Source: Marsupella aquatica
Lineage: Eukaryota > Plantae > Marchantiophyta
Assembly (NCBI GenBank): GCA_973895155.1
Contig: OZ316895.1
Location: 24,078,281 to 24,142,280, forward strand
Length of the DNA stretch: 64,000 bases
Reading direction: 5' to 3'
This document shows positions 35,671 to 47,700 of this stretch, piece by piece. Positions within the stretch are counted from its first letter, which is position 1; each line of letters starts with the position of its first letter. Both the position numbers and the translations under genes were made by a program. The notes under the pieces are model-generated. The model made no database searches. It was not told the DNA's origin and saw nothing but the letters and a program-made list of their open reading frames with translations.

Positions 35671-36806
35671 TTCTAAGTGGCAAAATGCATTTACAAAATC
35701 TACAATAGTTTCCTGGATCCATAGTCTCTTCTAACATTCATGCACAACACAATCACCCACTCAAAGGAACCCTACCAGCACACCACATCTATAACACGTA
35801 ATCCTGACCCTAATCTAACATGCACATAGGGGTAGCATCTGACAAGAATCACTCAAGCCAAAAGGCATGAAATCAGCCGCACTGAACCCTCCTTGTCCTC
35901 CACAAGTAAAAGGGTGCCAAAGTTGGAGTAGCTCTTTTGATCCCACGGTTCAAGTTGGATGGAAGGATGAAAGGTAGCCCTCCTCAGGCCCCTCAGATCG
36001 TGATGAAAGCTTGAATCCAAAGGATGAAACAATTCCTGACGGTTGACACTCCATGGTGGGCGAACCAAATTTCGAGCAACCACAAACGTTTCTCATACCT
36101 TTCTTCAGTCTTCAAGAATGACGTATTTCTGATGGGATACAACACTTGCAAAACTGCACTCCACGTCCATCACAACTACATCTCAGAGTTGTGATTTATA
36201 TTTTCACCAGAGGCCTGTTCTGATGTATATTTTCACCTGAGTCACAAATACTGCTCAGAAATCTCTCCTAAGGCAGTGGGCCTGTTGTGAATTCAATCCT
36301 TACAGAATGGGACAAGTGAGATGTCCAACTAGCCAGCGCACAAACAGACTCAAACTTAGAATTCCTTAGCACAAAACGAATTAACAGTTCCAAATGAGCG
36401 AGGTTAATCAATTAAAGCTAAGCTTAATCATGCTAGAACTACCCTTACGAAGATATCCTGGTGCGGGTAAAATGAGTTTTTATAAACAAGTTATAAAGCT
36501 CTCAATCAAAAGAACAGGTGGAACTGTCAAAGATATATCCCAAAGCCTTATTAAACGTTTCGCAATAAAGGCATTCCATCGATCGAGAGACGTCTAGAGC
36601 TCTATCGACTTCTCATTCAAAAAAGGGCTCGTAAGAGAACTCTGAAGAAGACATCCTTTCCTAAATCCTCAACTAATTCTCTTCTCACAGATAAAAGCGG
36701 CAGAACGTTTCCAAACAAATTCACAAACTTTACCGAGTCTAGCTGAAACCTGCGAAAACAGATTACATCCTCGGTCTTTACACAGAATTTCGGTCGGTGA
36801 ATCTAT

Positions 36807-37196
36807 CTACTCAACGGGAGCGCCCCTGAGCTTGGCAGACTGTTGCGTAAGGTGCTCCAGTCGAATTTGCATGCGAGTTACGCGATACAGGAGCCAGTAA
36901 AAGAAGAGCGCACAGAAGACCAAGAGAGAGTTGCGCTGGCTCTTGAAGATCATCTTGCTGTGCCGCTCCAGTTCTCCCGGATGCCCTTGCACAGGCGGCA
37001 TGCTCTGTATCTTCCAGTAAATATCCAGCGCTAGGAAGAGCGCCAGCGGTACGCCGGCCAGCAACGGCTGCAGCATACTCTGCGCCACATGAATCAACCC
37101 CTTCCTCAATCCATGCAAAGCCGGCAGCGTCAGCATCAGCAGCACCGCTGCCTCTATCGCGGCCACCAACCCAATCGCAAGCCACTCCAACGCCAT
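36807..37196 (-). CDS. BAP31/BAP29-like ER membrane protein (short plant type), 129 aa, intronless
   Basis: MALEW..., LLMLTLP, LRKGL, LFL.LDIYWK and KSQRN.LL...ALFFYW.LY match the short plant B-cell-receptor-associated-protein-like family, with three hydrophobic segments. Confidence 0.9.
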   Translation of the reverse strand: MALEWLAIGLVAAIEAAVLLMLTLPALHGLRKGLIHVAQSMLQPLLAGVPLALFLALDIYWKIQSMPPVQGHPGELERHSKMIFKSQRNSLLVFCALFFYWLLYRVTRMQIRLEHLTQQSAKLRGAPVE

Positions 37197-38253
37197 CTCT
37201 CTCCCTTTCTCAAATTCCTCTCAACCCTAATCTCCCCCTTTCAGATCCTTCTCCCTCTCCACTCCCGCGTCGACGATTCGCACAAACACAGAACCCGTTT
37301 AGTCCTGTTCCGAAGTGACAGCTCTCCACCGTTTCTCGTGTAAACCCTTCAATCTCTGCAGCTCCAGATTCTTCGCTCCACAGCTCTCCACTTCCTTCCT
37401 CGAGCGTCACTCTTCCGTTTCTCAATTTTTTCCGCTTCACTGCGAGTATCTCCTTCCGCTCCTCGATCACATCAGTTCCTCGCCCTGTGCAGAAATCATC
37501 GAACTCTATTCGATCTCAGCTCCGCCGCTTCTTCTCCGTCGATCCGTTCCCCAAAAGACCCATGAAAAGTATGAGACGTCCCAAAAAGTAATATTATTAG
37601 AAGTCTAGACTTCTAAACTTCGAATGTGAACGTCAAAATGAAAGTACGGGCATGTTTACGGTGCTAATTAGATAATCAGTGCTAACGGAGTCGTAAATAT
37701 AATGCAATAATGCAACTTCGTACGATGGACACGTGTGACGATCCAGTTGGCTGTGTGCGTGCCACATTGCCATTCGCTGTCCCCGTATAACCGCGGGGGA
37801 CACTTGGTACGCACGTCAGCACCCAGAGACCTTTGTTTGGTCATCATGCAATGTTGTTTATTTGAGTCAATTTTATACAAGGGCCTCTCAAAGGTTCATA
37901 GATGATGGCTTTTGACCATAAAAAAATGTCCATACCTTTTTTGCCGTGTTCTATACATTTTATTTTCACTGTTCATAGTAACTTATGGTCATTTATGCCA
38001 AATGTCTATGACAAACAATTATGGGACATGAATTTGGTAGTTTATTACTATATTCATAACTCTAACTACTAACTTGAGTTTTGTCAAATTAGAGGTTAGA
38101 GAAGCCATATACCTTGTAACGCAGTGACAAAAAACAAAATGAGCCAAACCCAGAAACAAGATCTGGGAGTCTCAAGCCAACTGTTCTGCAGAGGTTTTGG
38201 CTACCGGAACGTTGTGGGCCTGGTTGGGTTGAAATTGTGTGATTTTTTAGAAG

Positions 38254-41200
38254 TGTTGAACTAAGACGTCATTCGCAACGACCATACAACCATGACTCAT
38301 TCCATGCACATGTAGTCGACACAATCTCTACGTGGTTCACCTCTTCTCCAAGGCTACGTCCACACGAACACTCAAGCTTTACTTCAAGAGTAGACGAACA
38401 CACATGCTCTCTCTCTTTCTCCTGTTGCTCTGTTACAATGAGTAAGCACCACACACCAGCGGTTTACACTAGCCTTGGTATATACAAGGTCACACACGAC
38501 TAACCTAACCTCAGCTAAGATCCTAACTGTGGTTAGCCTAAGTGTCGTAACCTATGAGTCACAAGACTAAGAGCAATCATTAACAAACTCCCCCTTGACT
38601 CTAGTCTTGGGGACTGCAATTTCTGCTATCCATATGAGATACTCAGCGGGAAATTCTAGACAATCACCTAAAACCATAGGTGTCCCCCTAAAAACCATTT
38701 AAGGTTAACTAAGGGTTAACTAGAATTAAGCCATAGCCATAACAGGATTGAGTAACCCATATACAGAAATTATATATTGTTAAGTTACTCTACTTGTGCT
38801 GCAAATGCAAAACTTGCAAAGTAGCACGGTGTCTTGAGTAACTCTCCAAAGGAATCACTTTGGTAAAAGCATCAGCCGGGTTGAGCTTTCCATCAATCTT
38901 GACTAGCTCAAACATTTTATCAGACACTGCTTGCCTAATAAAATGATACCTGATGTCAATGTGTTTCACCCTGCTATCCATAACCTGGTTAATAGCTAGG
39001 TGAAGCGCACTTTGGCTGTCACAATGAAGAGTCATTTTTCCATGCTCCAATCCCATCTCAGTGACCAGCTTATCCAACCAAATTGCTTCCTTTGCTGCTT
39101 CTGCTACTGCAACATATTCTGCTTCTGTAGTAGACTGAGATACACACTTCTGCAAGGTAGATCTCCAACTTATGCATCCTCTTCCAAGAGTAAACACATA
39201 CCCAGTCGTTGACCTCCTTGTTTCCAGACAGCCTCCGTAGTCAGAATCTACATAGCCAACCAAAGATTTGGTTTTGTTTGATCTACTATCAAACAACAGA
39301 CCATAGTCTATTGTGCCCTTAAGATACCTGAGAATCCATTTCACAGCCTCCCAATGTACCTTCCCTGGATTTGACATGAATCTACTCACTTTGCCCATTG
39401 CTAGGGCTAGATCAGGCCTGGTACATGTCATCAAATACATTAGACTGCCCACTGCCTTCTCATAAGGAACCTTAGTCATCAAGCCTCTCTCCACTGGATC
39501 CGTGGGGCAGAAAGCCGATGATAACTTGAAATGTGGAGCCAAAGGAATACTTACTGGCTTACAATTTTCCATGTTGAATCTTGCAAGTACCTTTTCAGCA
39601 TACTTGCCTTGATTCAGCCACAATTGTCCAGTTTCAAAGTTCCTCGTAATCTCCATACCTAAGATCCTCTTGGCTTTCCCAAAATCCTTCATTCGGAATT
39701 CAGAATTCAATTTTGCTTTGAGTTTGTCAACCTCAGTTTGATCCTTAGCCGCAATCAACATGTCATCCACATAGAGCACCAGAATGAGCAAACCAAAAAC
39801 ACCATTCTTGACTGATTTCGTATACACACAAGGGTCATACACCATCCTAGTGAATCCTTGTGCAAGCATGAAATCATCAAACCGCTTGTTCCACTGCCGA
39901 GGAGCTTGCTTCCATCCATACAAGGACTTAAGTAACCTGCAAGCTAAACTCTCTTGGCCCTTCTTCACAAAACCCAGTGGTTGCCTCATGAAAATTTGTT
40001 CCTCCAAGATGCCATAGAGAAAAGCAGTAACAACATCCATTTGATCTAACACTAGATCAAAAAATACAACAAGTTGACACAAAATTCGTATCGTGGAATA
40101 CTTGGCAACTGGAGAGAAGACCTCATTGTAATCCACTCCCTTCTCTTGAGTGAATCCCTTGGCAACAAGCCTTGCCTTGTATATCTTGTCTCCTCCATCT
40201 GAAGAGTTGTCCTTCAGCTTGTAAATCTACTTGCTATCCACCACTTGTTGATCACTTGGCAGTTGCACCAGCTCCCATGTTCTATTGTCACTTAAAGATT
40301 GCAACTCCCTCTGCATCGTTGCATTCCATTCATTTTTCTCGTCTGAAATGCACGCCTCATGATAAGAAGAAGGTTCTCCTTCTTCCAAGATCAGTGCTCT
40401 GTCATCATCTTCAGGTGCAATGTCAACATCATCTAACCTTGATGAATCTGTCCATTGTCCATACCTTGTAGGAGCTCGAGTAGTACGTCTTGATTTTCTA
40501 GTTGATGATTCTGGTTGATCTTGTTCTGTTGGTTGAATTTGAGGTATTCCAACAACAACTTGCTCCTTTTGTTCCAATACCGGAACCAGCTCTATTCTCG
40601 GAGCACCTCCTTCATTTATGTCATGAAAACTCTCATGACCAATCTCCCCCACAACATGGTCCAGGATAGGAGATTTACCTTTGTCAGTACGGGAAGCCTG
40701 AGCATTCTCCCCCTCCTTTGATGATTTGGATTCATTAAAGGATACATCTCTACTGACAAGCAATGTACAAGCTTCTGGATCCCATAGCCTGTAACCTTTC
40801 ACACCTGGTTGATAACCAAGAAAAAGACACTTCTTGGAAGTAGAATCTAGTTTAGATCGATTCTGCTTAGGTGTGAGAGCATATGCATCACTTCCAAAGA
40901 CTCTCAAAACCTGATAGTCTGCGTGCCGTCCATACCTTATTTCAAACGGCGTCTTGAAATTGATTGCACTTGAAGGAGAAAGATTTACCAAATAAGCTGC
41001 CGTATTTATAGCTTCAGCCCAAAATTTATGCGGTAAACCTGATTGGCTCAACATACTCCTCGATCGCTCCAATAGTGTTTGGTTTAGCCGCTCACAAACA
41101 CCATTTTGTTGAGGAGTATAAACTGTCGTGAGATGATGAGTAATCCCTTGCTCTGCACAATATAGTTCAAATTCACTTGAACTGTACTCCCCGCCGTTAT

Positions 41201-43849
41201 CTGATCGCAGATATCTCACCTTGGATCCAGTCTGATTCTCAATTTGGGCTTTCCACTTCTTAAAAGTGCCAAAAACTTCAGACTTGGCGTGTAGAAATGT
41301 GATCCACACATATCGTGAGTAATCATCAATGAACGTGACATAGTACAATTTTCCAGAAAGTGAGGGAGTTGGGGCTGGACCCCACACATCACTATGTACA
41401 TACTCAAGTATAGCTTTGGTATTGTGAGTTCTAACACCAAAGGTTCTCCTGTGCTGCTTCCCAAGCACATAGTGTTCACAAAAATCTAGCTTAGTAGATT
41501 CCAAATTAGAAAGAAGTCCTTTCCTACGAAGTACCGCCAAACCCTTTTCACTCATGTGTTTCAATCTGCAGTGCCATAACTGAGTCATCTCGCCTTGAGA
41601 TCTAGTTACATTGGCTTCTTCACAAATCACGTTGCCCTTGCCTCCATTTCCTCAACGGGATCTCCTCCTCACTGCTAGACTCCTCCCGAGTCGATAGCAG
41701 ATGATCTAGGCCCATAGCACAAAGAATTCCCTTAACCTGCTTCTCCCATAGCAAATAATCTGTGCGCCCATCATATTTTTCCACCTCAAACTTGACACCT
41801 CCAAACTTGGATACCATCGTTGTCCTCCCAACGTTCTCCACGTGCTATTGTTGTGCTGCTCCCTATATGCTTTTTCCTTCCTTCCTTCTCGTTGACTCAA
41901 ATCCAAATCACGAAAAAATGTCGTTTTTTGCAACTTTCCAAAAAACTTGAAACTTATCACCGCCACTTAGCCCACCAACCTAGCAAGCCAACGCTGAAAT
42001 CCAAAATTGAAATCGAGTTCCGACGAAAAACTTTTTCACGTTTCGGTCGGGGTGGGTAAAACTCAAAAATTCTTCCCCGTTTTGACCACCTTGGGGAATA
42101 AGAAAAATTCCAAGTACCACCCGTCGTCGGAAATTCAAATCGAGTGGTGCACCGCGTTGCTAGCTTCAGTGGCTACGTTCTCGCCAAAAAATATCCGAAA
42201 AAAGTTACCGTTCGGACCTTGGAATCTTCGACTAAAGGCCAAAAAACAGCTCTCTGTTTTTTCGGAATATTCCTTGGACTATGCAACAGGTCTCACAGGG
42301 GGCCGTTCCCCCTGTCCAAGCGGTTAATTTGGTGGGTCACCGGGCCCGGGATGCCGTTTAACGAATGAGGAGCCTGGAAAGGATTAAAAAACTGGGCCTA
42401 AGGGGGTTTAAGCCCCTTAACACAAAAATATTGTCTTAAAAAAGGCGCATCCGCGTATAGGCGACGCGTGACGGGCCAGGCAGTGCACAGGGGGCCGGGG
42501 AGTAAAAAACCGAGTCAAAATGGGCAGGGATGGAGCTGCGACGGCCGGGACGTCCGCGACGGCCACGACCGTCGGGACGTCTGGGACATCCGTGCCGGCT
42601 GCGACGTCCGCGCTGGCCGTGACGTCTAGGATGGCCGGGACGTCCGGGACGTCCGCGATGGGAGTATTAGCGAGGAGGAGGAGGGGGTCGCCAACGGGGT
42701 ATTGACAGGGGTGCAAGGGTCGGGAGGGTGTGTATACACACCACCAAAAAGGTCTTATTCTAAGGCAAAATGTGCACAAAAAATAAATTTGTTGGGTTAC
42801 TCACACTGCCGTTATCACTTTTCACCAGATAAAGACTAGTTGTCGACGGGAAATGTTACCGAATTGCACCGGCACCGTTTGCAACTCTAGCAAAGTAAAA
42901 AATTCCTGTCATGACTCCTTCACTCCGCATCAAGTGTCAATCTTGGACTCAAAATGACCACTGCACTGCGATCTCTCCGTTGAGCCGTTGCACTTCCCGT
43001 TTCTTCCTTTGAGTCGAACGCAACGACAAGAAACCCCGCTTCAGTCAAAAGAAGACTCCATAGCTAGTCAGAAACTCAGAACGGCTCTTTTGCCTGGTAC
43101 ATCGCACTCACTACACCCTCGATAGCATACCAGCTACCGAAATGATCAGCTTTGCCCGATCTACGATTTGAGCTAAAGGTTGTGACGCCTCGCGCACCAC
43201 AAAGCTCACACCGTCGGGAAAACAATCTCAGTTCTCCCCCAAAAGAACCGTCGAAGAAAACCGTTGAACACGAATCACAAAAAATCCAGAACGACGGAAA
43301 CGTGAATTCCTCTACACCACGAACTCCGTTCAGAGATTTCTTTGCACCGTCGGAAAGCCCTTGCCCCGATCTATCCGTTGAGCCCAACACCTCCAAGTTC
43401 CATGCGATAGATGTTCCTGAAATCCACCAACTCTAACCGCTGGAAAAACCGTCACCAACACATCACGAAAATTTTGATCACCTCAACGTCACCTCCCAGG
43501 CTTGCTCTGATACCAATTGTTGAACTAAGACGTCATTCGCAACGACCATACAACCATGACTCATTCCATGCACACGTAGTCGACACAATCTCTATGTGGT
43601 TCACCTCTTCTCCAAGGCTACGTACACACGAACACTCAAGCTTTACTTCAAGAGTAGACGAACACACATGCTCTCTCTCTTCCTCCTGTTGCTCTGTTAC
43701 AATGAGTAAGCACCACACACCAATGGCTTACACTAGCCCTGGTATATACAAGGTCACACACGACTAACCTAACCTCAGCTAAGATCCTAACTGTGGTTAG
43801 CCTAAGTGCCGTAACCTATGAGTCACAAGACTAAGAGCAATCCTTAACA
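38254..43849 (-). mobile_element. Ty1/Copia LTR retrotransposon (Tnt1/Tork-like), structurally complete ends, internally deleted
   Basis: 332-bp LTRs at 38254-38585 and 43518-43849 (TG..CA, ~10 mismatches by eye). TSD AGAAG. PBS TGGTATCAGAGC (tRNA-iMet, 43504-43515). PPT AAGGGGGAG next to the 3' LTR. Confidence 0.97.
38790..41841 (-). pseudogene. Copia gag-pol remnant: gag N-terminus fused to integrase, then RT-RNase H
   Basis: gag start KFEVEKYDG..YLLW; integrase WHCRL.H, VHSDVWGP, LRSDNGGEY, PQQNG..ER; RT MDVVTAFL, LYVDDML; RNase H STTEAEY, DSQSA, KHIDIRYHFIR. Premature stop at 40227-40229. Most of gag and the protease are missing. Confidence 0.92.
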
Positions 43850-44712
43850 AGAAGTTCTATGGTCGCCTTTAACTCTGGTGGCTAGTGCACTGGCATCCGC
43901 TCTGAAATAGCATAACTCAAGGGTTGTTTCAAGAAGGCCAAAGAGCCAGAAAGCCCAAGAATCCCTTACGACAGCAACAGAACTAAAGCCTTAGTGAGCA
44001 ACAAACTGAAAGGATTAGTAAACCTCTGGAGTGAACAATGAATGTGGGAGGATCACTAAGAGGAAATTGTATGGAGGTCCTCACACCAAGAGCCTTGGCA
44101 CCACAAGAAATAGTGGATGTCTAACTCTCTATAGTAGTATAGACACCCAGGTTTTATCTAAGAATGGTTACAAATTAAGGATATGATAATTTGCAATCAA
44201 AGTCTATTACACATAACTTACTCCCTATGGTAAAGTCATATTTATCCCCAAACCAAAAACTTTAATATATGTAGACTATATTTATGAATAGGGACACGCA
44301 TGGGAGGCTCTTAGGGTTAACTCTTAGGTCTTGGATTAATCCTTCGTCTAATCGGCATTAGGGACTTAATGAGGAATAGATGCAATTAATCTGCCTAGCA
44401 TATCAAGGAGCAAGGAAGTGATCTTCTGTGAGACTCATGCTCATTCTTGAGGGAACAAGGTAGGTAGAGCAAGGCAGCTAGGTTAGCAACCTTTGAGCTT
44501 GTACAAGGAGGCTTGGTGTGGCTATGGTAGCCAGAGCTTAGTAAAACTTGTCTATTCCCATGGAGGTCACCTTGGCCAAGGTGAATCACAGATCTCTCAT
44601 CTCGGTGTGATCTTGCTTGTTGGTTCTTTCATATGTATGTGTCACTGGTTTTTTGAATAGAGTCTGGGCAGAGACAACCTTTCTTGTGCATCTGCATGGG
44701 TATTCCAGCTAA

Positions 44713-47700
44713 GAGCATCCACACCAGTTTGCCGGTTGCGGGCTGGCATTCATTTTTTCCAAGTTGTTATTGAGGCCTCGACCTATGGATCCAGGAATGG
44801 CAAAACGCGTCTTGCACCGGTTGCAACTTTTGGGCCTGAAAAGTTTGAGTTCACCATGGTTTGAAACTGATGCGGGTGCAGTTTGGACCTACGATTCTGT
44901 GAGACTCCATGGGAGTTCAAATCTCAAAATGAAATTGTTGTCAAATTAAACAAGAAGCTCGTTCTGCTGCAAGAGCTTCACAGCCGGGCAGAGAGAGGGA
45001 GTTGGAGAGCAGGATCGAGGTGGAGTGTCGTGAAATTCCCCATGAAGTTTAGGAAGGCATGGATCAATTGGAGACAGTCAAGAAGAATTTGAGGCAGCAG
45101 ATGGAAGTATGGAACACTGAATTGGAATAAGAAGAAAGTTTTTGGCAGGAGGCATTATTTGTAGGACCTACGTCCATACAAAATCTTCAAACATACAAAA
45201 TCTTCAAACTAGGACAATGAAATGGCAACACAGAGGTGGTTCGTTGTCTAGCAAGAGGGGCAATAAAGATCAAAGGAGAGAGCGTGGGCACCAGATGATT
45301 ATGGATGATTACTTTGTAGCAAACTGTACCTACGATGATAGGGATTTTTGAAGAAGGTTCAGGATGACCAGGAGGCTCTTTCGGAAGATTTTGGATGCAA
45401 TCTGTGCCCATGATCAATTTTTTCAGCAGAGACATTATGCTGCAAAGAAAATTGGTGAACAATGACTTATTTAAATGTCTTGGACCGGTCGCCTCTGGTC
45501 AATGATCGATTGCACGACCAGTATGATCAGGTATCCTACATTGTGAATAGTACAAATTACAAAAGAGCATATCTCTTGGTAGATGACATTTATCCAAAGT
45601 GGTCTTGCTTTGCAACAACAATTTGCCAGCCCCAAATTGAGAAGAAGTGTTTTAATGCTAAATGTCAAGAAAGCTGCAGAGAGGATGTTGAAAGAGCATT
45701 TGGAGTGCTACAAGCTAGATGGGGATTGTGAGGCAACCAGCAAGATCATGGCATTTACAAAGAGTTACTAATTGTCACCTGCTTATCAAACGATTTACAC
45801 GACAAATACGTATTTACTCCTACTAAAATCATTTGTTATCGTATGACGGGAACGTGGAGGGACGCTATTAGGATTCTATTGCATGTAGGATGAGTATGTT
45901 TATTACCGCTCCCGGAAATGTAGTTTTTGATCAAGTCTACCGACTAGTCCCGTTGCTTTTGATCAAGTCCCATGGACTACGCCACACACACACTTCTACT
46001 GGTCGTTGGTGGAGTGTTGTCACCACCCCCTACTCACATGGTCGACCAATCCGTGCAAGGATTCCTTAGACGCTTCTTGGGAAAGAACACAATCGTGAGC
46101 CGGAAAAGATAACGCCACACCAAAACTTGAGGAATCAAACCAAATCCATATCTTTTGGCAAAAAGTGGTAACACATTGCAAGGACAACCCGGCCTCCTGC
46201 CGTCTGCCCAACTCCTGCCTCACTGGAGCAAGTGCTACACCTCTACATCACTACTCTGGTTTGAATTCCCCTTCTGGCTATGAGCTTACTTCCCTAGCAC
46301 CAACACTAGACTGAGTTCCCCCCCCCCCTCACTACTACGGGGCTCACCCCCTAAATACTCAAAACAACACACCAAAGCACCCCTCACGGAGTGGCAACAA
46401 CAGCGGCAACCCTAGCGGCACCGCCAAAAATATCTAAGAGATAAACTAACCTAAAGCGTGCGGCACACACACGCTGTGAAAAACCCTAGCCCACTACGGT
46501 ACCAACGATGCCTTCGCCGGTACCAACCGTAATCATCCATAGTCTCGGGGAAGTGAGGGGGCCACTCATGGTCGAAACCTCAAATATGTCCAACTACTCC
46601 CCTGAGGAGAGCCCTGGATAGCTCTGCTCCTCATGATCACGAATCACCAACCCGCTCCCAAAACAGACGTCAAACGACCAAGTTATGGTCGTTTTAGTAT
46701 CACTTACTGACCAACTTCGTCGGGCCCTATCTTCCTCATCCTGGCTCCGTTTGAGGAGCGCCGCCTCTTGTTGGAATCAGCTCCGCGAGCTCTTTTCAAA
46801 AAGCCCATGAGTGCCCACTTCCAAAAACATTTCAAAGTCAAGAGGTCGTACGGCCACCCTAGTCCTTCTCCTCACTCACGGTGCCATGGCTTGAGCCCCG
46901 TGAGTTGGTCTCCTCATCAGTCCTCCTCCTCCTCACTCACGGTGCCCTGACTTGAGCCCCGTGAGTTGGTCTTCTCATCAGTCCTCCTCCTCCTCACTCA
47001 CGGTGCCTTGGCTTGAGCCCCGATCCTCCTGTTCGCCACCACCGGTTCGTTGTAAAAGGAGGGGGCCCCTATAATTGTCGAAACCAAAATTTTCTCAGAA
47101 TTCACTTCTGAAAACATATCTGAGGAGCCCTCCTTTTCCTGATCACGGCTCCATAAACGGTGCACAAAACGGAGGTCAAACGGCCAAGATATGATTGTTT
47201 AAGTTTTTACGGGGTACCGTCTCCCTTCGTTTCGTCCGTACAACATGTTTCCCCCGGCTTTGCAAAACACGGATCACGGTTTCCCCGTATGTGCTACTAC
47301 CTCCTCCTTCCCTTGCAAAGCTAGGACCTCCTTCCGTATGGACGTCTGTACGGCCTCAAAACCATCGTATTTTCAAAAAACGCGATTTGTCGTATCTCCT
47401 CCGTCTTAGCTCCGTTTCGGCCGTGTGACACATCGTTGGATTCAGCTCGGAGAGCTCTTCCCAACAAGCCCATAGACTCCTGATTTTGAGATGGTCAAAA
47501 ATCTAATGTTCGTACAACCAGGGTCCGTACACACGTTGAAAGCAAGCACAAGAGGGAAAGGGTTTAGGGTTTAGGTATGGATGGAAACCCCACAAGTGAG
47601 AATAGAGAAAAAGGGAAAGAAGAAAGTGTGAGGGCCCCTTCTACGGTGGCCCTTCTACGGTGGGGAAGGGAAAGAGAGCAACAAAAAAACATGTGAGGAC

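Noticed and set aside
44320-44640. Possible additional Copia-related solo LTR in reverse orientation
   Set aside because: It shares a GTGATTCACC..AGGT.AC.TCCA.GGGAA motif with the 9937 LTR, but termini and TSD could not be defined.
47560-47575. TTTAGGG repeats as an interstitial telomere (also 62520-62531)
   Set aside because: Only about two units are present, consistent with common telo-box motifs.
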